64,000 nucleotides of DNA from NCBI GenBank assembly GCA_025201805.1, contig MU619273.1, positions 1 through 64,000 on the forward strand, given 5' to 3'. The stretch is from Parasitella parasitica NRRL 2501. Its lineage: Eukaryota; Fungi; Mucoromycota. The position numbers were made by a program, and so were the translations under genes. The notes under the pieces were generated by a model. It saw nothing but the letters and a program-made list of their open reading frames with translations, did no database searches and had not been told where the DNA came from. Position 1 is the first letter of the stretch. The number at the start of each line of letters is the position of its first letter. Below are positions 52,185 through 64,000 of this stretch, in pieces.

Positions 52185-55100
52185 ATGACTGAAAAGTCTT
52201 CAATTCTATCAGGCAGTGCAGAGCCTGTAACTATCAAAAAGGTAACTTTCAAAATTAGGCTCGACAGACATATTGTTTAACGCGTTCATTCCCTTCATTC
52301 GTAAAGATTGGGGCCAAATATATCGCTTATTCGCATACATTCTTTGCATACAGTAAGTTATTGTACCAGGTGAATTCAATCCTAATTCATTGATTTCTGC
52401 ATATTTGAAACAGGCGCCTTTCTTGCAGCTCTCATTGTTGCTTGCTACACTCATTACTACAAAATTGTGCAAAACGAATACTTTGGTTACCCTGATGTAA
52501 CAATTTTTTTTAAAAAAAAAAAAAGTTGGCTGGACAAACCTGATATGTGTACGTAGGAATGGTTTCCAAGTGTCAGTGCTACTACAGGTGACAGATACCC
52601 TGCTCGTGCAATCTTTCAGATTTTAATTGCCTTGACCTCTGGCCCAAGATTTGCGCTTGTGTTTTCGTGGTATTTGTACATCACAAAGTCAGCAAAGACT
52701 GTGTCAAAAGGATATGGATTGGGGTTGTTGCTAGTGGGCATCGTTCGTACTGTGTCTTGTGGAGGTTGGGTTTACATTACTTCCACTGACGATCATTTGA
52801 CGCACGACATTGCCATGGTTATATATTTACTTTGTACATTACCGTGGCAAGTGGGCGTGCTCTATTCGAGCTCCAGTCATAATCAAACTGCTGTTCGATG
52901 GAGGAAGTTCATCTCATTTGCATTTTTCACCACATTACCACCAATGATCTATTTTTTCATTCAACACAAGGTTCAAAAGATCCCAGGAGGTAACATATTT
53001 AAAATTGTAGAGTAACGTATATTGACTGATGTGCATAGCTTACACTACTTATGCTTTCTTTGAATGGTCATTGATCCTGTACGATGTTGCTTACGATGCA
53101 GTTACAGCCATTGAATTTCAGGATTTTGAGTTATCCATTGTTGATAAGGCAGGTACTGCCCTAATTACAGAATCGTAAGTTTTCAAAACAGTGACTGATC
53201 GTAGCGGGAGACTAATAACTATTGTCGGTATATATAGCTCTGTTCCATTCGCTTCAAAGTAAATGCTATTTCTTTTTTCCCCTCGTGTATGGATAATATA
53301 GGAAATGTCGAGTACTGACCAGATACACTCAATTAGTCCTGAAGAAACCATATCTCCTTCAGCATTACGTATACTCGCATTACTTCCTGGTTTCGCCACA
53401 GAGACGTATTTAGGTAAAGCTTTTTTTTTTCTTTTTCTTTTTTTTATTGCTATTTGTTTAATGCCTCGTTTTGACAGCGTTTGTTTTCTGGTCAATGCTC
53501 ACCTCTCTCACATTGCTGATTTGGTAAGAGTTTTTAATATTGGAAACAAATTGTTTATTGACCTAGCTTTAGGTATTTTCCTCTTTGGTATATGGGTATT
53601 TCTGGTTTCGAGGCGTTTTTATTTATCACATTGATGCCAGTTTTCCTTGGAATTGGTCCATTGAGACGTTTGATCGCCAAATATCGTGGATTTTTCCACT
53701 TTCTATCATTGATTGGCGTTGCGTCTTACCTTAAAGTGGATCCAGTATGGCGCTTATCACTGACTGCCATTGGTCTTGGTTTGAGCTTAACAACCTGGTG
53801 TGCTCATTGGATTGAATCAAGCAGACACACTGGCAATTTAGAACGTTCAGCTCTTACTTGGGGCCTTGGCCTAGTCTTGCATTGCGTTGTTAAAATGGCC
53901 TGGTATACAGAAAATCCCATCTGGCCTATTATGAACAAGGATAACGGTGGTTGGAATGATACGGGCATTGTCCTGGGCATTGTTGCCTGTGCAGAGGTGT
54001 TACTTCGCGACAATGCAGTTCGCCAATCTACCGAAAATGGCAAGGATTTGAACTCATTGTCTGGCAGTAATGCCACCAGTCAATTTGGCAGCTCCTTCTT
54101 TGCAGCGTCTGGATTCGGTGCTTTGCTGTTTGCTCTTCATTCCATGTTCACCGATTCATCTACTATTATGCGTTGGACTGTGGACGGCTACCCTAACTAT
54201 GGCCCTGAGCCTGTTCCATGGGGCGTCGCAACTATTGCTGCGTTGGCCTTCGGTCTTTTATTGGCTCCCTACCGCCGGCTAACCACTAGCCTTATCTGGT
54301 ATTTAGTTGGCTGTGGTGCCTGTGCTGTATTTTACTGCTATTCAGCATGGACAGCTTATTATGGCGGCCTTGTGCTAGGAACATACTTTGTTTCTATTAC
54401 TCCAGCTCTTATTCGTGGGATTTCTACTCAATCTCCCTTCAAAACGTTATTTGGAGCTTTTATGACCTACAACATCCTCTGTTTGGCTCACGTATGGGTA
54501 GTTGCTTATGAGTTTGTTCCTGGGGGCGTTTATGCTCGTGAACGCACAGATGCTATTCTTATTGCGTTGATGGCTTTAACTGGTTTGGGCGTTTTGAATG
54601 CTAATAGACAAGCCTCCTTGGATATTCGAAAGAGATTAGCGCAATTCCATGTACTGAAATATGCTCGCTCCATGACGCGACTGGTTGTTGCTGGCCTCAT
54701 TGCTATCTCTGCTGTCATTGCTTTAAACCGCGTTGCAAAGGCCAAGACGCCTGTTCCGTATACCACTACTGAGAAGTCCTTCACTGCTGCTATTTGGACA
54801 ATACATTTTGCTCTTGATAACGACATGTGGGCTAGTGAGAACCGTATGCGCGATGCCATCCGTGATTTAGAATTAGATGTTGTTGGCTTGCTAGAATCGG
54901 ATACTATGAGAATCATTATGGGTAATCGTGATTGGGCTCAGTCTATTGCTGAAGAATTAGGCTATTACGTTGACTTTGGACCTGCTAGTATGAAGCACAC
55001 TTGGGGCTGCTTGATGCTTTCAAAATTCCCTATTCTCAAGTCGGAACACCATCTTTTGCCTTCTCCAGTCGGCGAACTCGCTTGTGCTATTCACGCTACA

Positions 55101-55589
55101 CTAGATGTGTATGGCCAGCCTGTCGACTTTATCGTTAGTCATAATGGTCAAGATGAAAACTATAATGATAGGATCCAACAAACAAATGAATTAGCTCGTA
55201 TCATGCGCACTAGTCCTAATCCATTTGTCTTTTTGGGCTACGTAGTGACAAAACCTCGCCAAGAAATCTACCATCTCTTGTTTGATGGTGGCGACATAAA
55301 TGATATTGACCCTACTGATTGGGATCGATGGTGTGAATATATTGGTTTCCGCGGACTTCGCCGTATTGGTTACGCCCGTATCAGCCATGGCGGTATTACA
55401 GACACCGAAATCCAGTCTGGCAAATTCCAATTAGTGCAAAATCCTAAAGAATACTGGACAGCACAGTATAATCGCATTCCTGAAACACAAGTACCTGATC
55501 AGTTGAAATATCCGTCCATGTTCTATGGTACCGGTGTGCGTGGACATCGATACCATGTTTTCAATGAACCCCGTTACTTTGAAAACTGA
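52185..55589 (+). CDS. CWH43: Cwh43 (PGAP2/Frag1 N-domain + EEP C-domain), GPI lipid remodelling
   Basis: [98 protein letters not shown]. Confidence 0.95.
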
Positions 55590-56151
55590 AACGATGCTTT
55601 CTCTCTTCCTCCCTTTCTAATATACAATTTAATAAAGTCATTAAATATCAGTACCGATTTTGAGTTAAAGTTGCAGCTTTGCATTTCTTCGAACAATTTA
55701 TGTGAATCGAAATACAATCTACATATACTGAATCAGCTTTGAAACTATACATATGGCTCTATGGCTTTTTCATATTTGTAGCTGCCATTTAATATGTATT
55801 ATTCGGCTATAGCGATGCAATACAAAATGTGGAAAACTTTTTGAAGACAAATAAATCGTAAGCCTATGCTGCAAATAAAGAATGATACATGTAGCAAAGA
55901 ATAAAGAGGTAATTTCGTGGTTTTCTAATGGTCTTATAACGAGTCAATCGGGCCCATTGCAGAAGTGATCCAAGGCAAATACAAAATAGTGGTGCAGTCG
56001 CATAAAGGCGTGTTAGCTACATGGTAAACGTACAGATATATCTAATTGACCCTACGTGAACACAAAACCAGTTTTTGAATGTCAAGTCAAGCACCTTTAA
56101 CAAACAGATTATTCTAGATTTCTTCTTTTTCCCCACTTTTTTTTTTTAATT

Positions 56152-57072
56152 ATGAGCCACTACACAGATTCCATGCATGAAAAAGCACCCTTCAGTGTTC
56201 GCATTACAAACTTTGCTTGCAATGAGTGCGATAGACGTTGGAGCAGTGCAAATGGAAGTCTGCAAGATTATCAAAAGTGCAAATATTGCTATACCAAGTG
56301 CTATCCCCTGGGCCATAAAATACGAGCACCTAATAAAACTGGAAACGAGAACAGAGAGACATATCAAGGGCATATTAAAGAGCTTTGCGGAAAATGTCAA
56401 AGATTAGGAAAGTCATGTATGATGCTTGAAAACGATTATGATGACAGTTACAGGGTCATTACCAATGCTGATGGCGAAGACATGTACCTGGATCGAGCAT
56501 TTCAATTGAAAGCAAGTAAAACAGAGAATATGCATGTTATGGAACGATACGAGCTTAACGAATGGCCTGAACTGGCCTCAAACTCATTCCAATACGTCCC
56601 AAAAGTAAGAGATCAAGGCAGATCAAGCAAATTCAATGCAGTGTCTTCAAGCTCAGAAGAAATAACCTCAGTAGGGATTACAGCAGCGGAAACCTTGAAA
56701 GAAATAATTCAAAAAGCTCGGCGAGAGTCAAATGAAATGAGCAATGAAGAAGTTGACGACGAATTCATCGCTAATCATGACTATTCCAACTATGTCGAAG
56801 AATATGACTGCAATGATGTATGGGGAATCTGGGCATACGACTCTATGGCTTCCGATCAAGACGATGAATGGAGCTGCATGGATTTCAGTAGCAGACTGAA
56901 CCAGGATAATGATGATGGTAATGAGCTCGTAGGTTTGTTTGACGATTGTGATGAACGCGGTTTGGAAGAGAATGGTCAATATCTCTCAAGCCAAGACCAG
57001 GAAGCCTATTTCAATGATAATTTACAAAGAATTGAGAACTTGCATTTTGCAGATGAAGAATACATGTCTTAA
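56152..57072 (+). CDS. Intronless 3CxxC-type zinc-finger protein (ZCCHC24/ZAR1/RTP-like) with acidic C-terminal tail
   Basis: FACNECDRRWSS...QKCKYC...YP...HIKELCGKCQRLG..C pattern followed by ~200 aa rich in D/E; 306-codon ORF. Confidence 0.75.
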   Translation: MSHYTDSMHEKAPFSVRITNFACNECDRRWSSANGSLQDYQKCKYCYTKCYPLGHKIRAPNKTGNENRETYQGHIKELCGKCQRLGKSCMMLENDYDDSYRVITNADGEDMYLDRAFQLKASKTENMHVMERYELNEWPELASNSFQYVPKVRDQGRSSKFNAVSSSSEEITSVGITAAETLKEIIQKARRESNEMSNEEVDDEFIANHDYSNYVEEYDCNDVWGIWAYDSMASDQDDEWSCMDFSSRLNQDNDDGNELVGLFDDCDERGLEENGQYLSSQDQEAYFNDNLQRIENLHFADEEYMS

Positions 57073-60000
57073 ACGTTCGAAAATTCAAATCAAAAGTTAT
57101 CAAACAAAGTATTTATAACACATAACAGTAATATCATTAAATAATAAATAAATACCGCCTCATTTCTATGTAGTTATTTCCAGATTGAGCTCTCACAAAC
57201 TAAAGTAGGAGCACTATGTATGATTTCCGAGTACTATCTGTATTGTGTACGATCAGCTGTTTGATATGTATACCTGTCAAGTAAGCTATAAGCAAGGGCA
57301 TTTCATGGTTTTATGATTCATAGGAGCACTCTAAGATAATGCTTTTCTATTATTACATAATGGATCAGCAAAAACCAATATTTTATGTACAAAACGCGTG
57401 TTAGCAACGTATTAAGTCCATGGATTTCAATGAAGTTACTTTCTGTATTAAATCTAATGTATGTAACCATTACATTGCTTAAGAGACTTGTTCAAGTAAT
57501 ACAAACATCGTCATTTATCAATCAAAACGCGTCAGTTGCTTATGTTTGTTGCAACAAACAAGGAAAGTAGCTTCGCATATATTCCGTTTGCTTATCTAGC
57601 CATAAGTCAAAGATGACATATACTTATATTAGGTAAACGTAAAAGACGCATAAAAAAAGAAAGAACTAAGAGCTTTAATAATATAGACTTGTTTTTCCAT
57701 AGATTATTTTCATCGAGTCCCAAGGGTTTGCGTATTAGATCATTGATTTTTGGAGTATATAAACATATGTCGGATTTCCGCCTCTTCGCTTTTAATCTCT
57801 CAGTTTCTTCCCTTCTTCCCCCCCCCCCATTTACTTCTTTGAAGTATTTTCAGGTAGGTTTTTACAAATCTTAATAAGTATGCGTGCTTCATGTCTTTGC
57901 GTAGGTATGTAGAATGGTAATTTCCCAAGCTGGAATAATGAGAGTGCATATTCTATCCACAAAATTGCTCTAAAAAAAATTCTTTTGCTGATGCATCAAG
58001 TTAAAAGTCTATCTTTTGTTGATACTTTTTTTTGTCAACCTCTTCAAAATGTTTCCTCTTTATTACTCTAGATGGATGAGGTTCCAAGGTATCTTTTTTC
58101 TAAGATGTCTGTTGTTCCCTTTTAACGCTTAACATAAGCTCTTGGCTTAGAATGTTTGAATGTTCCCAACTCTTTTTACTCTTTCGACCTTCAATGATGT
58201 TCTCTTTGACTTTAGAATGCGTGAATATTCTTTTACTCTGATGTTTCCACGTATTTACTTTCAAAGCTAACTCTAGCTCAAGCTTTTCATGGCTTTTTAT
58301 TTACTGTTTCGTAGTGGAGCGTTATTAACAGGCTCTCCGATGTTGTATGATGTTTCTGTTGATTTTACTACAGTGTTTATGATATATGTATATGGCCTTT
58401 TTTCTTGCCATCACTCCCTAGCCCATAATTTTTTGTGGTATTTGATTGCTCTAAGGTGTCTCGAATGCTTTCAACATATACGCACATTTCTCCATGCACT
58501 CACTCTCTAGCTTAGGTATTCGTAAACTAGTAGCCTTTCTTTAAATGTATCACTCGAGTGTTTGCACTATTTATTTATACTTTGGTTTAGCCTAAAATGT
58601 TGTTCCAGCATTTTCTATCACATCCTTGTTGGACATAAATCACTGGCTGGTCTAAATAGAAGTAATCTCACATAATATAATATAATAGTTTGAACCAAGC
58701 TCATTAAATCTTCTCACTTTATATACAATCTCTGTATCTCTGCCGCGGTTCCACCAATTTTCATGATTTTCAAAACGGAATTTGAAGTGAATAAAGTGTA
58801 TCATCCCATGGCTTGGTTTCCATGGAAATAAATTGATTCACATAACATTTATTTGCTCTCGAATCTTAAAGCAGAGGATTTATAACAATGGGTAATGCTT
58901 GAGAGACGCATTGATGTTTTAGTGTGTGAAGAATTTACTCGTAATTATTTAACATTTTTGAAAAAACAGAGCACAACTCTTATTATAGCAAATTCTAGTT
59001 GATTTATATTTGAACCTATCATGCTTTGTATCCTCTTTTTGTTGAAATAATATGTGAAACGCCTCGTTATATCCACATCAAGTGTATAATAATAATAGCT
59101 AATGGTCTACGTAGCTACATTTTTGTGTTCCTCTCAATCCCTCAAGTCTCCGGCATATCCCTGCAATCAGATAGTGTTTGCTAATCTGCCATATCCATGG
59201 ATAAGTCAAATTTGTGCTGTTATATAAAATATGCTCATGATGCGTATTAAATTGATCAGGGGAATAGTATGAGCTAAATATGTGCAATGATTACCAATTT
59301 GTTTACATGAAAAATCCATCTCTGCGCCAAACAGTGTTTTCGTGCATTCATTGATCAACACATGTCGTTACGAACAGTAACTTTATATTCATCCTACACA
59401 TTATTTCTATCGAGCATATCTCATACCTACATCTCCCATGTCGTCTTTACTTGGCAAAAATATTTTTAAAAATTAAGGAAAGGATTTAGCTTATATAGTT
59501 AGTTTAATCAACAACAAATAAAACAATCGATAGAATCAGGAGTACAGTTTACGTCCCCAAAATTTTACTTTTTAGGATGGTTCAAGCGGTTGTGTAATCG
59601 ATACTTTGAACATTTAACATTTATTATAATGTCTAATGGCACCTACAGCACCAATCTACGTAAAAGGCATCCCGAAATATTTAGGTTTGTGTATCTCAGA
59701 TGATAATAATAATAAGGCAGAGGATTTGAGTGTCTCGAATGCTTAACCTTCTTTTCAGAAATCATGGGGATACTATTACTACAATCAAACAATACGACCG
59801 ACTCCTTTTGCAACGTTACTACTGTACGTATAATGCACTGAATGTGTACTAGGTCATTTCAGAAGAAGATTTTGTTACATATTGTACTCAACTGGCGTGC
59901 AGCAATTCAGTACAATCAATAGGTAAGGTACGGCATTGGCTTTTGCAACTCTTTATGGGTATATTACTTTATTTCTCCTGCCATAAGTTGTAATTTCATC

Positions 60001-61235
60001 ACCTGGTTTTTTTTTTTCCAAAGCCATGCAATTCTGATTATAAATGCTGATCTTATCCGAAATGTCTGATACAGATGGCTATATGGAACTTGCGCACTTA
60101 TAACAATTGCACTGTTTCAGTTTAGCATTAAAACCATCTACTTTTGAAATTCTAACCGACGGTTTTATGCTTGTAGTCGAATAGCGATATTCGATCTTTT
60201 CAAATGGAATAGAAATCAGAGCCACCATGTATGTCAAACATTCAGCACATTTAGTGCATGGGCAGAAGAAATACCCGAAAAAACTGTATTATTCGTAAAG
60301 ATAATGCCATTCTCCAATGACACGGACGTGGCCATTCTAATCTATATTGCTGGTTTTTTAATATAACGGTTTAGGTGTCCAACTCTGCTATTTTTTGGGT
60401 ATGAATATCCTTGCCAAACTATAACATTATCTCGATATAGTTATTATTATCTTTGTTCGACTTTGAATAAGCAGATTTCAGTCTACCCAGCTGGAAATCA
60501 GCTAATTGCATCCAAAGTGTCTTGCTTTCTGAAAAAAACCCAGTACTCGGACCCAATCATATGGCTTTTTTGATTAACCTTCACCGTTTGTTACACAATG
60601 GTTGAGTGCCCAAAAAGGGGGATACAATGGTGGCCATATGAACTATTGTAAGAGTAATCATTAGGAGCCAAACAAATAAATCATTTAATCGTGTGCACAA
60701 TTTAGATTCTGCGAAAAAAAAATTTAAGGAAAAACTACAACATTTGTCATGTTAGTGTAGGCAAAATACGTCAAAGTAGGGCACCTCATTAAATGGCATG
60801 CATTGCCCTAATTATTTTCAAAATACCTCAATTGGCAAGACCAAATTTCTAATTCTTGCATGCAAATTAAGATTAGCATTCTTATCCAAAAGATGCAATT
60901 CAAAATGGGTTATACGTGTTTTTTGACTTGCAGATGAAGAAACCTTGGTTTTTGCATTTGGAACGTTGTGAAAAAAGAACATTTCATCGTGATCAGCCTT
61001 GAAAATTCGACACATAGAAGCAATTTAATCATAAATAAAAGAGCGTAAAGTACGATATATAATGAACGGAGTAAAAGAACGTGATGTATATAAATATATG
61101 GTAATAAAGGTCAAAGCATAATATGTGATCTTTCAATAGTTGGGAAAAATAACACGAGGGTGGCATAAGTAGAATCAGGCTGAAAAAAAAAAGATTCATT
61201 GTGCATTATACATCAACAAAATTGATCGAAAATTG

Positions 61236-62470
61236 TCAAGATTTGCTGTTGTTGCTGGATGGTGGTTGATATTGCGATTTTTCTCTAGTTTGAGCGAGCT
61301 GCAGTTCTAGTTCTAGTTTTTTTATTGACAGAGCATCACGATCTAATTCTATTTCTGCTAGTCGAATAGCATACTCCATTTTATTTCGTTCATAATCTGA
61401 TTTTATTGCTTCATATTCGGCTTGTTTAGCATTGTATGAAGCTTTTTTGGCGGCATATCTTGCAATTCTTACGCTAGAAGAAGCTGTGCTGCTGTTGCTA
61501 GTGCTGCTTCCTTGGCTTGCCTTCCTCTTTATCCTGCCATCACTTTGATCATCCTCTACAGGAGGAAGATCAACCGCTGGGACGCGCGGAAGAGACCTTA
61601 AATAAATCCGAATTAATTACATTCCGATTATTGAGCTATGTCTAGAATTGATATGATATTTACCATGTACTACGCATAAGATGTGAAGGGATAGATAGTG
61701 CTCTTAAGCGATCCTCGTTAAGATGTGGTAATACGGTTGAATTTGAGCTTGCATTATAGGTAGTAGTAGAAGGGGAAGCCGAAGAAGTCGAATCACAATC
61801 AGGTCGAGGGAGAACTGAGTTGCTACTATTCGCATTATGTTGGTGCTGCTGTTGTTGTGAAGTATGATGTGAAGCTCTACTGTTAGGGGAATAAGGAACA
61901 GTTGAAGAAGATGGTGTGGGAATCGTTGTAATACTAGACGCAATAGGCGAAGTAGAAATAGGAGGGATATATCCATCCGTTCGTTGGTTACCAAAAAGTT
62001 GTTTACATTGCTTATGGAATTTGCTCACTTCTCTTATTTTTTCTAGGAGTATTTCTATTAGTATAAGTAGCTTTGACCACTTAGATCAGTTATATACTAC
62101 CGTTAATCAATGCTTCATCCTTTGTACATGTATTCAATTGTAATCTCAATTGTTCTGCTTCTCGAAATCCTTTTTCAAGAGACATCAATTTAGATCGAAC
62201 TGATATTGCCATGTATTCATCACCATCAAATAGTTTTTTTGCTACTTCACGGCATGCTTGTGCCTTATTCCTAGCTAATTTGCCATCATTTTCAGGCAAG
62301 GTTAACCAATTCAATATTTTCTTTACTTCATCATCGGACCAGTATTTGTAGTTGCGAGGTTTTTTGGACAAATGGATATGTTCCTGAGATGCTTCGTTCG
62401 AATGAGACGAGGAGGGAGGGGTTTCTGGGATAAACTTGACGTCGCGCGTGGGTGAGCCAGTTATTGACAT
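61236..62470 (-). CDS. Myb/SANT-like (trihelix-type) protein with C-terminal coiled coil (3 exons)
   Basis: YWSDDEVKKILNWL...RSKLMSLEKGFREA; Ser/Pro-rich middle; the last exon has a heptad-rich KLELELQLAQ and stops at 61236. Confidence 0.65.
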
Positions 62471-63475
62471 ATATAATTAGCTGTTATTTACAAGAAAACA
62501 AGAAAAATAAAGAAAATAAAAAGGGGGCAAATAAGCTATTATTTTGTTATGTAAATGTGCGATGGAAGCGAAAATTGTCTTTTTGAATTCCAAAAAAAAC
62601 AATAAAATAGAGATGTAATTATTTTTTTAAGAAAAAAAAATGAAAAGGAGAACGAAGAAGAAAGAAAAAGAGGACCAGAACAAAACAGAATCTGAAATGC
62701 CTTATTTTGTATTGATTTTTTTTTTTTTTTTTTTTTATTTTTCAAACGTTATAAAAAGGGAAGGGCGAAACCTTTCTTGGTTTAAAAAAGCCGATTTTTT
62801 TCTCTTTTCAAACATAAATTACTGTCAAACCCCATGTTAGCCTCAATTTTTGGTTATTTTTTGTTGCATATAACGAGATCTTGAAGCAGAGATCAAAAAC
62901 CTTCAATGTCGGGATTTCATTTACTAACTAGAAACTACACAACATTAGGTATATCCGAGTTTGCCTGCAAGTGGCAAGGGGTTTTTTAGTATAAATCGAG
63001 ATAAAGTATAGTTATTAACAAAAATATTAAAATGTTTAGGACTTAAACGCTTTTTATATGTAATACAAAAGTCTATAAACTATAAACTTACGATGCCCAA
63101 AAAAGATTTTGAAAGCGGAGTTTATAGCGTCAATTAAAATGAGCCCTGATTTTGCATTTCGAAGTTTAAGGGGAATATTACGTTCAAATCATCCAAATAT
63201 TAAACATAATAATAGGCTTTTTTTTAATTTATTTCAAGATAGAGTTCAATCAATTGAATGGAAAATCAATTGGTCAAATTGGAGCTTGCTTTTTTATTTG
63301 TGGCTAAGAGCATACCATTTTTTCGCTAATAGACATTATACGGTTCCACAACGGACTCGGCAACCTAATAATGGTTTCAAAAGTCACAGGAAATGGTTGT
63401 AGGTGTGCAGAGTGGGATATCGGGACCCATATCATGCAAGGAAGAGGTTTTCATTTTGTATTTCATAAAATAGTA

Positions 63476-64000
63476 ATGGATTTCTCGTATTGTCTCACAA
63501 AGGATGTTAAACTTCCAGTGTCTATAAGAATGTAAGATGTTAAGTTTCAAATATTTCATGTAATAACAAGAAACAAAGTGCCACATTAGAAGGAAAACGC
63601 GATCCACTTCAGCAACAAGAGTAAATAGCGAGCTTACAAGAAAAACTTGACTAATAACGATATATTCATAGTAATTTACCTTATCTATATATTACAGTTC
63701 AATTATTTGCTGATAATAAACCATTAACCGTTCCTGTGAAGACTAGTTACAAAGCATTTCGAAATCACTGGAGGTATACTAGCTTTAATCGAAGGAATAT
63801 AATAGACTAACTCCATAATCAAAAGTTGGAATGAATGGCTTACTTTACCTATAAAATACTGTGATCTACCATCGTCTGCACAGTTTGCTATTACAGTATG
63901 GGAAACTATTGGACCTCGAAAAGTGAAGCCCGTTGGAGGCACTACTTTAAGATTATTTGGAAAACAATTGTAAGTTACATCCCGCTCAAATTGATAAAAC
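63476..64000 (+). CDS. VPS34: Class III PI3-kinase Vps34, 5' exons only (runs off the window)
   Basis: [57 protein letters not shown]...[10 protein letters not shown] (Vps34 C2 domain). Confidence 0.88.

Noticed and set aside
57600-60600. Gene-free stretch with possible LINE or transposase relics (e.g. LFQLGKLP on the minus strand)
   Set aside because: No unambiguous motif, terminal repeat or TSD could be identified by eye.

Overview
Gene-dense, AT-rich fungal chromosome segment with short GT-AG introns (mostly 50-75 nt). Gene content, intron style and the Tc1/IS630-type transposase remnants point to a Mucorales (Mucoromycota) fungus; this is an inference. I reconstruct 22 spliced or intronless protein genes plus one low-confidence small-gene candidate. 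They are: a MARVEL-like membrane protein, TPC1, PKC1, a CASTOR/GATS ACT-domain protein, an ER-type UDP-glycosyltransferase, SNF12/BAF60, a YbhE-type lactonase, a head-to-head UreG-urease pair, an RBR E3 ligase, YPP1, a RIX7-RPL20-RPL8 60S trio, a Pcl-type cyclin, Gemin2 (absent from the ORF track), a P450, an M20D amidohydrolase, CWH43, an intronless 3CxxC zinc-finger protein, a Myb/SANT-like protein and the 5' end of VPS34. Mobile DNA comprises a decayed Tc1 transposase with a near-perfect ~260-bp fold-back, a TA-flanked Tc1/mariner element with long TIRs, and a TAA-flanked PIF/Harbinger MITE. Best leads: (1) the fold-back as a candidate hairpin-siRNA 'transposon killer' locus; (2) a fungal CASTOR that keeps the GATOR2-binding motif but has Ala at the Arg-binding Asp position; (3) the urease-UreG bidirectional pair; (4) the 60S ribosome/biogenesis micro-cluster with long, structured first introns; (5) the intronless ZCCHC24/ZAR1/RTP-like zinc-finger gene. 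Exon boundaries were read by eye and no database searches were run.
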